In this document: positions 1-10,702 of the stretch, in pieces | Numbering within the stretch: position 1 is the first letter of the stretch | Layout of the letters: every line of letters begins with the position of its first letter | Translations under genes and position numbers: made by a program | Origin: Takakia lepidozioides | Taxonomy: Eukaryota; Plantae; Bryophyta | NCBI GenBank assembly: GCA_030704615.1 | Contig: CM060734.1 | Span: forward strand, 13,392,001 to 13,456,000 | DNA length: 64,000 nucleotides | Reading direction: 5' to 3' | Notes under the pieces: model-generated | What the model saw: only the letters and a program-made list of their open reading frames with translations | The model's database searches: none | Told to the model about the DNA's origin: nothing

Positions 1-1614
1 CAACACAACCAAGCCATGCTGGTTCCCAGCCCTTGTGAGCACCTCATTCAAGCATTCTCATTGGCCATAGCATCTTGTCTTAGAGCCTATTCCAGCCCTC
101 TACAATCTGTTGCTTCCAGAGTTGCGTCTCCTTTCAGCTTGAGTTGAAACCCCAACTCACATAGGCCTCCAAGTGCTGTTTCTTTCACTCCAAGTGGAAA
201 GCGCACCCTAGACCTTCCGTTCTAGCTCTCTAAGGCTTGAAAACAAGAGCCTCAATGGGCTGAAGGCATGCTCCACACATGCCCACTCTCACCATAAGAG
301 AATCAGCTCATTTGCTTCATTTCTTGCACCCACAAACCTGATAATACAAGCTTCAGCAGGCTTGAAAGCATGCTCTACATCCCACGGGAAACCAGCCCCT
401 TCCTTCCTTTCTTGCACTCCACACCTAAAAGTGCAAGCCTTCACCAGGCTGATAGCATGCTCACACATACATTGCCCTCACATAAGGGAAGTCAGCCCTT
501 CCCTCTTCCTTTGCTTGCCCTCCAAGCTTGAAGATGGAAGCTTCAATGAGCTGAATACATGCTCCACACATGCAACCTCTTCACACAAGAGATATCAGCC
601 CCCTATCTTGGCTCCTTGGCCTCCTTGATGCTCTCTAAGACAAGACTAAGCACTCCATAGCCTTTGCCAAGCTCCTGAAACCTAAGGCTTACATTTCCAG
701 CCACAAGACACTTCTCTTGTGGTGCAAGAGCTCTTCTTCCAAGCTCTGAAACCCTAGGTGCACATTCCATGGCCTTGCCGCACCTCTTAGCTCCTGTTCC
801 AGCCCTGCTCTTGCCATGACAAGAGCCCTCTCAATGCTGAAGCTCGAGATTGAAACCCAATCTCACCATACTCCACAAAGTGCACTGATTTGCCCCAAGC
901 CAAATCAGCCCTTTCGCTTGGTCTTGCAATCCTTCACACAATGAAAGCTCGCATTCCCAAGTCCAGTTCTCAGCTTTGCCACCAAAGCCACTATAACCTG
1001 CTCTTGACTGGTCCTCTTCCCAATCGTGCTTGCTCATGCATGTACACAATCTGAAACATCAAGGTGCTCTGGAATTACCTGCGTATGGTGCTTTCATCTC
1101 TGAAGCTGAAAGATCGAATGCCAAGGTTTACCACCTCGTAACCCACATCGCCTCCGCTTCTAACAACCAAGAGCTCCACGATGCTCCTTGCATAACAACT
1201 TGGTTTCCCTCATTTTCAAGCAAAAACCACAAGTGCTACAACTAACTCGTATCTAGCACTCATAGATACGAGCTCATCTTTCTCGAGTGATAAAGAAGAA
1301 GAATACAAGCACAAACTCATGCGAGCTCACAAAGCTGAAGCATAAACTCATGCATATATAACCTCATCACTCAAACACAAGTCAAGCCAAGTGCACCCCA
1401 CGCCATGGGGAATCCACACTACGGCGCCATAGCTAGGCGCGGTGAGGCTCAACTCGAGAAAGATGAGCCTCCCACGCTTGCCGTGAAGATAACCACTCCA
1501 GGGCCTAAATCTGCCTTGACCCCTGGATTGACACTTGGGCCAATCCCAAATGTCAATATGTAAAAGCTAGCTATTTCCTAGCTAGTTTCACACTAGTGGT
1601 AAAATAACTTGACA
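1..1614 (-). mobile_element. LTR or 5' region of an LTR retrotransposon (family related to 15500-16740, 18250-18550, 42591-42733 and 50578-50903)
   Basis: Ends in ...aacttgaCA at 1614, which is a TGTCAAG start on the minus strand. 1310-1600 is clearly homologous to 18270-18550 (aagtcaagccaagtgcacccc...gaggctcaactc...aagatgagcc...tttcctagctagtttcac) and more loosely to 16480-16740. No coding signal. Confidence 0.6.
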
Positions 1615-3674
1615 GGAGACACAACAGACTAATATATCATTTGCCTCCCCATCGACGCGCTCCCCCCTCAAGCCATTCCACAATTTAAATTTATTTTAAG
1701 CCAATAAATAGGTTTGCACTGCCTTTCAGTGGGGGTTTTTGGCACGTATCGATTTTGTTCTGCGGCTTCCAGCATCCCACGGCTACTCCCCCGCCAAAAA
1801 TTGAAACTTGGCCAGTGTGTTCAATGTACCCTCTGATACGTCCCAGTGTAATACGAGATCAATCGAAAATCGTTCGATTGTCCAATGAGGCGTTCACTTG
1901 TCATCTGGTTTTTGTTCAATGCGAAAAAGAAATCCTGCAATGCATGCACGGCTATTGCACCCATTGAACGGATGTGGTTGAAACCCCTCTTTTGCCTGCA
2001 TGTGTGCGACACATGTGCGGAGACACAACCGACTAATATATCATTTGCCTCCCCATCGACGCGCTCCCCCCTCAAGCCATTCCACAATTTAAATTTATTT
2101 TAAGCCAATAAATAGGTTTGCACTGCCTTTCAGTGGGGGTTTTTGGCACGTATCGATTTTGTTCTGCGGCTTCCAGCATCCCACGGCTACTCCCCCGCCA
2201 AAAATTGAAACTTGGCCAGTGTGTTCAATGTACCCTCTGATACGTCCCAGTGTAATACGAGATCAATCGAAAATCGTTCGATTGTCCAATGAGGCGTTCA
2301 CTTGTCATCTGGTTTTTGTTCAATGCGAAAAAGAAATCCTGCAATGCATGCACGGCTATTGCACCCATTGAACGGATGTGGTTGAAACCCCTCTTTTGCC
2401 TGCATGTGTGCGACACATGTGCGGAGACACAACCGACTAATATATCATTTGCCTCCCCATCGACGCGCTCCCCCCTCAAGCCATTCCACAATTTAAATTT
2501 ATTTTAAGCCAATAAATAGGTTTGCACTGCCTTTCAGTGGGGGTTTTTGGCACGTATCGATTTTGTTCTGCGGCTTCCAGCATCCCACGGCTACTCCCCC
2601 GCCAAAAATTGAAACTTGGCCAGTGTGTTCAATGTACCCTCTGATACGTCCCAGTGTAATACGAGATCAATCGAAAATCGTTCGATTGTCCAATGAGGCG
2701 TTCACTTGTCATCTGGTTTGCGAAAAAGAAATCCTGCAATGCATGCACGGCTATTGCACCCATTGAACGGATGTGGTTGAAACCCCTCTTTTGCCTGCAT
2801 GTGTGCGACACATGTGCGGAGACACAACAGACTAATATATCATTTGCCTCCCCATCGACGCGCTCCCCCTTCAAGCCATTCCACAATTTAAATTTATTTT
2901 AAGCCAATAAATAGGTTTGCACTGCCTTTCAGTGGGGGTTTTTGGCACGTATCGATTTTGTTCTGCGGCTTCCAGCATCCCACGGCTACTCCCCGGCCAA
3001 AAATTGAAACTTGGCCAGTGTGTTCAATGTACCCTCTGATACGTCCCAGTGTAATACGAGATCAATCGAAAATCGTTCGATTGTCCAATGAGGCGTTCAC
3101 TTGTCATCTGGTTTTTGTTCAATGCGAAAAAGAAATCCTGCAATGCATGCACGGCTATTGCACCCATTGAACGGATGTGGTTGAAACCCCTCTTTTGCCT
3201 GCATGTGTGCGACACATGTGCGGAGACACAACAGACTAATATATCATTTGCCTCCCCATCGACGCGCTCCCCCCTCAGGCCATTCCACAATTTAAATTTA
3301 TTTTAAGCCAATAAATAGGTTTGCACTGCCTTTCAGTGGGGGTTTTTGGCACGTATCGATTTTGTTCTGCGGCTTCCAGCATCCCACGGCTACTCCCCCG
3401 CCAAAAATTGAAACTTGGCCAGTGTGTTCAATGTACCCTCTGATACGTCCCAGTGTAATACGAGATCAATCGAAAATCGTTCGATTGTCCAATGAGGCGT
3501 TCACTTGTCATCTGGTTTTGCGAAAAAGAAATCCTGCAATGCATGCACGGCTATTGCACCCATTGAACGGATGTGGTTGAAACCCCTCTTTTGCCTGCAT
3601 GTGTGCGACACATGTGCGGAGACACAACAGACTAATATATCATTTGCCTCCCCATCGACGCGCTCCCCCCTCAA
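1615..3674. repeat. Tandem satellite array, 404-bp monomer, about 5.1 copies
   Basis: ggagacacaac recurs at 1615, 2019, 2423, 2818, 3222 and 3618 (periods 404, 404, 395, 404, 396). Copies are near-identical, and the ORF track repeats with the same period. Confidence 0.97.
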
Positions 3675-4486
3675 AAGGTTATCAAATATGTTCCTGATTG
3701 AAGTGATGAACCCAAGGCAATGGGAAGGCCAAAGCCATGAGATATCAGCCTCCTCTACCGCCACGACCATGGTGTGGAGCAAGCAAGTCCTTCATAAGGT
3801 AAGATCTTCTCCAACAAAAATATGTTGGCTAATTGGGCATGGAGAGTAAGGCATCCTTGAAGGTACCTGAGATAAGCATAGAACATCTATAGGGCTTCTG
3901 AATGCTGAAATTTTGAGCTAGGCCTTGGTACGACAGCCTGCTGGAGTAGACGTGTACACCTTATACATGATCCGGTCAGTGCACATTACTCTTGTTTGCC
4001 GGTCCCATGTAGCCGATGCCTTATGTCAGATTTAGATACCTTATGATACGAATGAGTTCCTTTTCTTTGGCTCAAATGTCTCTATGTTTCTCCTGGTTAT
4101 GGCTTTGCTCTTTATAGCACCATAAAAAACACCCAATTCTGATATGCTGCTGGTAGATGTTTTGTCTGAATACCAGGTGGTAAACCCCTGCCAGACTTCA
4201 TTACCTAAGTCCCAATACCTGCCCCCTTTGGTTTTGTACACATGTTTTACCCAAAACAAGGGGTGGGTAAACACTAAAAGTTTGATATAAGATTCTTTCC
4301 TGATTGTTACTTTATGACCTTGGGAATTGAGGGTTCTTTCACTGGCCTCTTCTTCCGGTCACCAGAGCTTATATATAAACTAAAAGGTAAAACTTTACAT
4401 TTTGATGTATGCGTGGATGTACCTTCGTTTGTGTCACAACTTGCCAACTTGGAACATGCCAATGGCACAAAAATTCATTGCCTAAA

Positions 4487-4878
4487 TACCAAAAATCCGG
4501 GTAATGTAAATAACCGAAATTAACCAAATTCCAAGAAGGTTAATTAGGGGTTAGGTAACATACCACCGGTCTTAAACTATCAAGTTTTAAGAGAACCAGC
4601 CAGATCCATGGAGGGAGGGAGAGAGAGGGAGAGAGATGGAACCCACCAACCATCCCCTGGTATGGCATCTCCTTATGGAGTGAGTGTGGTATGCACTCAC
4701 CCCGTAAGGGAGTGCATACCAGACCCCATCACATAAATGACCTCCCTCTTCTTTGTAGCTTTTACTTCTGGTTACAAAGGAACCATAGAAATAAACATGC
4801 CTACAATCTCAACTCTCCAAGGTCAACAAACAAAACAAGCCGTGACAAGCAAAGGTACATCAACACTTACATCAGAAA
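4487..4878. repeat. About 390-bp segment with a near-identical inverted copy at about 10806-11189
   Basis: The peptide MHSPRKGVHTRPHHINDLPLLC...RYINTYIR appears on + at 4691 and on - at 10802-11068. The DNA matches as a reverse complement. Confidence 0.9.
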
Positions 4879-6361
4879 TATATTGGAAAGGGTGGTTTTG
4901 CCCGTGTTGGTTGTAACGCCATCTGTGGCCCTACCTTCTGCCCACTGACAGGTGCTGGCACCCTTGCTGGTGCTGGTCCTTCTGGACCTGTTGTTTTTGT
5001 GGTGGATCTTCCACCAAGTGGTGGCCCTTGAGCACTCCCTGCTTCTGGCCCCACGATATTCACAGTATTCCCAGCTTCAGTTGCACTACTTCCCACACTC
5101 CCTGTCCCCCCAGAGCCAGATCCAGGCAGCCCGCCTGATCCCCCTGAGCCGACACCTTCGTTGGCCTGTGATCCAAGTGCTCCACTTGATCCAGGTCCAA
5201 CGGGTTGGGATGTCCTGGTTGTAGTCTCAACCTCAGCTGTTGGGTCTACTTCTTCATATTCTTCCTCTTCTAATTTCTTCTCTCTGTTTTCATCCTCCAA
5301 GTTCTGCCCTTGGGTTTCTTCTTCACTCATGTAACTCAACTGTAATGGTGTTGGAGAGTCTGAACTCTCCGTTGGCTCTGCCACATCCTCTTCTCCTTCT
5401 TCACCTTCTGCTTCAGAAACTGGAGTTCCTGCTTTTGGTGTTCCATGCCAACTCTTATCAAAGATTTCTGTCAAGTCTTTTATCCAAGGATGTACCTCAG
5501 ATCTTTCACCTCGTGATTGATCTTCTTCCTGTACCAATTCCCTTAATCTTTCTTGCAAAGAAACAGAAGGAGTGGCATCCAACTCTAGTTCTTCCGGTAT
5601 AGGTGATGTACTCTTTGATCTTAATGGTGTGAGAGGTCCAGATGATTCCCCTATGTCTATTCCTCTCTCCCAAAGATATGGATAATTAGCTTTCAGATAG
5701 CTTTCTCTTTTTGCTGAATATCTCTGTCGTCTAGCTTCTCTTTCATCACTCATGTCCCATGTCTTTCATTTCTTTTAATGTGGCAATAACCAAAACTCTC
5801 TTCTGTAATATCTCTCGTATATGCCTGGGTTTCTTTCAAGCTTCAATGCACCCTTGGCTATACTTGAAGTCTCCGTTACCATATAACCATATGGCAAACA
5901 AGTCTGAAAAGCTGTTCTTGGTGTGAGTTTGATCCACAAAATATCCTTTGGAATCCAATTCTTTACCAGTACAAGCTCTTCATGCATATGAGTATAAACA
6001 TTCACCTTTCTTTCTTCCCAGCCTTCAAACTCTACTCGTTTAATGGATAGCATGCTATCACATAAACCAATGTTGGTAACCAACGTGCTCTTCCTCTACA
6101 GGCTACCTGATAAATCTTTATCACTCCTTTCTCCAGACCCCATTCTGGATCAGCATCATGCACTCGCTTAAGAATATTTTCTTTACAACCGTCTGGCAAT
6201 TCCAAGAACCTTTGAAAGAATTGTTTGGACAATCTTTCTTCCTTCGTTCCACAGGGAATTTGATTCACTTCAAATTCTTTAATGGTCCAACCACCATGAT
6301 CCCACTAGATGCCTGTCACATCTGGTTGTTCATGTCTCAGGTCCCCAGTATGGTCGCCAAA
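4875..6361 (-). mobile_element. Ty3/Gypsy internal 5' part: PBS, extra 5' ORF (5775-6268, frameshifted) and Gag N-terminus (4875-5753), truncated
   Basis: PBS-like TGGCGACCATACTGGGGA (6359-6342) lies just after the LTR end. The 293-aa ORF is homologous to 9545-10237, where it continues into a retrotransposon Gag core. Confidence 0.75.
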
Positions 6362-7524
6362 TGTCACGCGGCTTTTACTCACCCATCCCTTCGCTATTCG
6401 AGGCGGAAACTCCAAGATAGAAGAGTTGGAAATCTCTAAGTACTCAGCCCGCGCAGAACAATCAGTCATGACCTACAGCTAGTGTATCATGGGGGTGTTT
6501 CCTATTTGTTTCCCTTTTGGTATTCATGTTAGCTATCTTACCATTGATAATTAAGTATCAGTTTGCTTTATCAATCTATTGGATTCCATCAACTCATCCA
6601 TTCATTTCACAGCTTCACTCAGATCTCTCTACACAGTGTGATTGTATCGTAAAAGTATCCGATTATGATTTATCAGGTATCAGGCCGAAGCCATTGTGTC
6701 TCTAATCTGCTCTACAATATCATTACAGCCTTGCATATATCAAGCATCTACTCATCATCTCTCTATCTTCACTTCCGTTCTTCATCTCTGCCCAATCCCC
6801 TCTCCTCTATGACCAAGAAGTCCTCCTCCGAATGATATCCCTCAATTCCCCGTTTTTCCCTTTATCTTCCTATCCGTGGTTCTAACCGTTTCCCTCACTA
6901 ACCGTCGTCTGTGAACTAACATGTTCCCTTCGCAGGTGTTGTTCCCCACAGTCGTTCCCTGTCCTACTCTTCGTTCCCTATGATCGTGACAGCTGTGTCA
7001 AGCTGTGACTGGCTGTGTGAAACTGTGACGGGCTGTGACTGGCTGTGCGACTGTGTTTGGCTGTGTCGGGCTGTGACTGGCTGTGTGGCTGTGCCGGACT
7101 GTGTCGGCTGTGACGACTGTGACGGGCTGTGTTGGCTGTGTCGGCTGTGACGACTGTGACGGGCTGTATTGGCTGTGTCGGCTGTGACGACTGTGACGGG
7201 CTGTGTAACCCCCCTCTATAGTGCGCTGCTGTCACCCCTAAGGCTCCTGTTGGTCTCAGTCTGTGCAAAAATTAAGGGTACCCTACAGATCCCGTATAAG
7301 TGTCTAAGTCCCCGACAGTCCTCTAACAGTGGCGATGCCACGTGGTCACACCTTAAAAATTACCCTGCAGTCGGCGTCACGACTGACTGGAACGACTCCG
7401 ACCATATAATGACCGGAACGACTGGGCGGTCCGATAGGTCTTGTCCCGGACTCGTAGTCGCCCAGTCGTTTTTTGAGTCGTTATTTCGGCGATTCCTTGT
7501 AGTGAGTGGTTATGATGAACAACA
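6362..7524 (-). mobile_element. Gypsy LTR (about 1.16 kb) shared between two tandem internal regions
   Basis: On the minus strand a purine-rich tract (gagcggcagggtagg) precedes TGTTG at 7524, and the LTR ends ...gtgaCA at 6362 followed by the PBS. It contains a (gctgtgacgactgtgacgg)-type minisatellite. The LTR start is less certain than its end. Confidence 0.6.
6989..7205. repeat. Minisatellite of ctgtg-based 9-10 bp units inside the LTR
   Basis: Repeated ggctgtgtcggctgtgacgactgtgacg. Confidence 0.9.
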
Positions 7525-10237
7525 CCTACCCTGCCGCTCACAACTACCCGGTTTTCTTGATCTTGGTTTTTAAAAGAAACCTTGTTAGCCGTTTCTCCTC
7601 TGTTGATTGGCTTATGAATAGTTACTAGGTAATTTTCCCAAATTACCTTCCTCCGCATTTCACATATTGCTTTTGAATGACCACTATAATCACAATATTG
7701 ACACAACCTCCTTCTAGGTATTCGTGTAGAACTTTCAACAGCTTGTTGATCCGGTGAATTTATTGATCCCAGATTAGTTACGGCGGTAGTACCAGACAAG
7801 TACCTCGGCGGCTCTGTTCGTCGTTTTGTGCAATGAGGGTCGCTATTGCAGATCATGCAATGCGGAGAGCCGGACTCTTCAAGCCACGTGTTTGAGTTCA
7901 AACACTCTCCTGTATCTTTTTGGCTGCGTGGCAATTTCTCCAAGTTTGGCTCCCAAACTGTTTTTGTACTTCTTGGCCACTTCACCGTTGACAACCTGCT
8001 TCCAGCTGTCACTACTCCTATGGGCTGTGCAACCTGTGTAGCTTGAGATGGGCTATGTTGACTGTGTGAACACCTGTGTTCCCTCCTATGCCCATACACA
8101 TGTGGCGTTATGAAAAGTGCTTCATGCTCTGCTGGCATTGCTGGTGTAGTCTGTGGCTGGGTCTGTGCTTCAAGATGCAAATCATGCTGCAATGGTACCA
8201 CTGTATGGCATTGACTCTGCCAAGCATTTCTTTGTTAATTGTTTGTGACATAGTTGTGTTGTTATCATACATCTTCTGTATGACATAAGGTCCCTTCCAT
8301 GGTGATTTAAGCTTAGAAGCTTTAATCTTCCCCTTCTTCTACAACCACAGTACCAAATCTCTTGTCTTAAAAGTTTTTAGTTTGCCTTCATCAAACCGAT
8401 TCTTTCTTTTCATCTGAATTCTGGCCATGTTATCTGCTGCATCAGCACGTACTTTTCCACATGATATAGTTCATGTTTTCTTACTTTGATTGAATCCTCC
8501 AATTCCATTCTCCTTCCTCATTCAGTTCTCATGGTAGGCAATAAGAATTCCAGTGGAAGTAAAGCTTCCATGCCATAGACTAGTTGAGATGGTGTATACT
8601 TGGTAGTGACTTTGTATGAAGTCCTGTAAGAACAACTTCAAATTCAAACTCATGCAGTATAATCAGCCATCTGGCTATCCTTCAACTTATCAAAGGCTTG
8701 TTCACCTAATAATCAGAGCCTGATGATCCACATAGAACATAAATTTCTTTCCCAGCAACTAATGCCCGAACTTCTTGACTGAATAAATCATTGCCAAAGC
8801 TTCTCTTTCGGTGGTGCTATAGTTCTTTTCAGCACTGTTCAACAATCTGTTAGCATAATACATCGGTGAATCTATGTTTTCGATGACATTTTGGGCTAAC
8901 ACAGCTCCCAATGCTTCTCCTGAGGCATCACAGTGTACATGAAATACCATATGCCAATGTGGGTTAATCAACACAGGTGTAGTTGTTACTGACAATATAA
9001 GTTCTTCGAAGGCGTGTTGGCACTCAGCTGTCCATGCAAACCCTGCATCCTTCTTCAAGAGTTTATTCATTGGTGCAGCCATTTGTGTATACCGTCTGAT
9101 AAACCTTCTGTAGTAACTGGTTTGTCCAAGGAACCTCCTTAGCTCGCCTTAACGTTACTTGGTGGTGGAGAGGCTTTAATAGCCTCTGTCTTTCTAGGAT
9201 CTACAAGCAGTCATTTCTGACACACAATGTGTCCCAAAAGAACTCCCGAGTTCACACAGAAAGTACATTTTTCTAGATTTAGCCCAAGACCCCTAATCCT
9301 GCATCTGGCCATTTGTCTCAACTGTTGTAGACTACCGTACACTTCATCCTCAGTTTTGTTTGTCCTGAACCTGTTCCAGAATGTTGTACTAAGGCCATTC
9401 CAGGTTAGAAAATGATTATCAGGAAATTGAGCATACCACTTACTTGCTTTCTTGATAACTGAACAAGGAAACAATCTTAGTTTGGCATCATCACCATTCT
9501 CAATGTTCACTATATACATGTGCTCAAATTGGCTGATGTGTATATCATGATCCCCTTTTCCTGCGTATATCGGAAGAGGTAGCTTTGCCCGAGTTGGAGC
9601 TACTGCTGCCATCTGTGGCCCCACTCCCTCCCTGTGGCTGGTACTGGACCTCCTGTAGGTGCTGGTCTTTGAGGACCAGCTGTGGTAGTGGTAGTGGTAG
9701 TGGTGTGGTAGTGCCTGAGCACTTCTTGCTACACCTGCCCCCCTGTATTTGCAGTACCCCCAGTTCCAGTTGCACTACTTCCCACACTCCCTGTCCCCCC
9801 AGAGCTAGATCCAAGCTGCCCGCCTGATCCCCCCGAGCCGACACCTTTGTTGGCTTGTGATCCAAGCGTGTCACTTGATCCTGGTCCAATAGGTTGGGAT
9901 GTCCTGGTAGTAGTCTCAACCTCAACTGTTGGGTCTACGTCTTCATACTCTTCGTCTTCCAAGTTTTTCTCTCTGTTTTCATCTTCCAAGTTCTTATCTT
10001 GGATTTCTTCTTCCTCACTCATATAACTCAATTGAAGTGGTGTTGGAGAGTCTGAACTCTCCGTTGGTTCTACCTCATCTTCCTCTCCTTCCTTTGCTGG
10101 TGTTTCAGAAACTGGAGTTCCTGCTCTTGGTGTACCGTGCCAACTCTGATCAAAGATTTATGTCAAATCTTTAACCTAGGGATGTACCTCCGATCTGTCC
10201 TCTCGTGGCTGATCTTCTTCCTGTACCAAATCCCTTA
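7525..10237 (-). mobile_element. Internally deleted Ty3/Gypsy: Gag core fused to RT C-terminus and RNase H, integrase C-terminus (GPY motif), and a 3' extra ORF
   Basis: Gag core: LRLFPCSVIKKASKWY...TWNGLSTTFWNRF. RT end: LNLEKCTF...LLGHIV. RNase H: FHVHCDASGEALGAVLAQ...AEKNYSTTEREALAM. Integrase tail: YRTSYKVTTKYTPSQLVYG and SPWKGPYVI. Stops and large deletions are present. Confidence 0.9.
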
Positions 10238-10310
10238 CACTAGAAGAAAAATGCGGAATAACCACTCTGTAAACCACTGGTCTTGAGTGGGAAATGACAC
10301 TTAACCACTC
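10238..10310 (+). mobile_element. CACTA (En/Spm)-like terminus fragment
   Basis: CACTAGAAGAAAA begins exactly where Gag homology stops, followed by short aaccact repeats. No partner TIR was found. Confidence 0.45.
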
Positions 10311-10702
10311 CAAGACCGCATCTGATGCACACTGGCCATAACCCTGGCCCGAGAGTCCCCCATAAGATGAACATTCTCCAAGATATAGGCATCATGTAAG
10401 CCATTCCCATGACCTACGGGAGAGTGTCCTTGGCAAGGCCACCCAGCTATCACCAAGTCAATGGCACCATGTCGGTCCAAATCATCCGCCCCCAGCAAGG
10501 TAATGTCTGCTGGCAAGGCCTTTTGATACCCTTGAATTGCTGAGAGATGCAACAACTTAGGATACCGGTGTGTGAGCAAGGCGATGTGGCGCATAGAAAT
10601 ACGCCGAGCTATCTCATCCTTCTCCACATACAAGTACTTGCATACTTTAATCCCTGCTTGCAACACTCCTACAAGCCCAGTGCTCATGCCTCCAAACAGG
10701 TC
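10301..10702 (-). pseudogene. C5 cytosine DNA methyltransferase domain (N-terminal half), part of a Gypsy polyprotein
   Basis: Motif I DLFGGMSTG (10702 onward), motif II YLYVEKD, motif III DIT, motif IV DLVIAGWPCQGHS, motif VI YILENV. The motif V region appears deleted and the domain is truncated after motif VI. Confidence 0.9.

Noticed and set aside
1755-3580. Repeated 67-88 aa ORFs (MFCGFQHP..., MWNGLRGE..., MRRSLVIW...), also seen at 57-59.6 kb
   Set aside because: These are translations of satellite monomers in several frames, with no domain. Frame-breaking indels occur between copies.
1615-3674. Possible CRISPR-like or rDNA/5S array
   Set aside because: Whole monomers repeat with no unique spacers, and no rRNA, 5S or tRNA motifs were recognised.
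10301-10702. Methyltransferase as bacterial contamination or a host DRM/CMT/MET1 gene
   Set aside because: It is colinear with and nearly codon-contiguous to the retroelement protease linker. It has the unpermuted motif order I-IV-VI (not DRM), no introns or accessory domains, and plant TE flanks.
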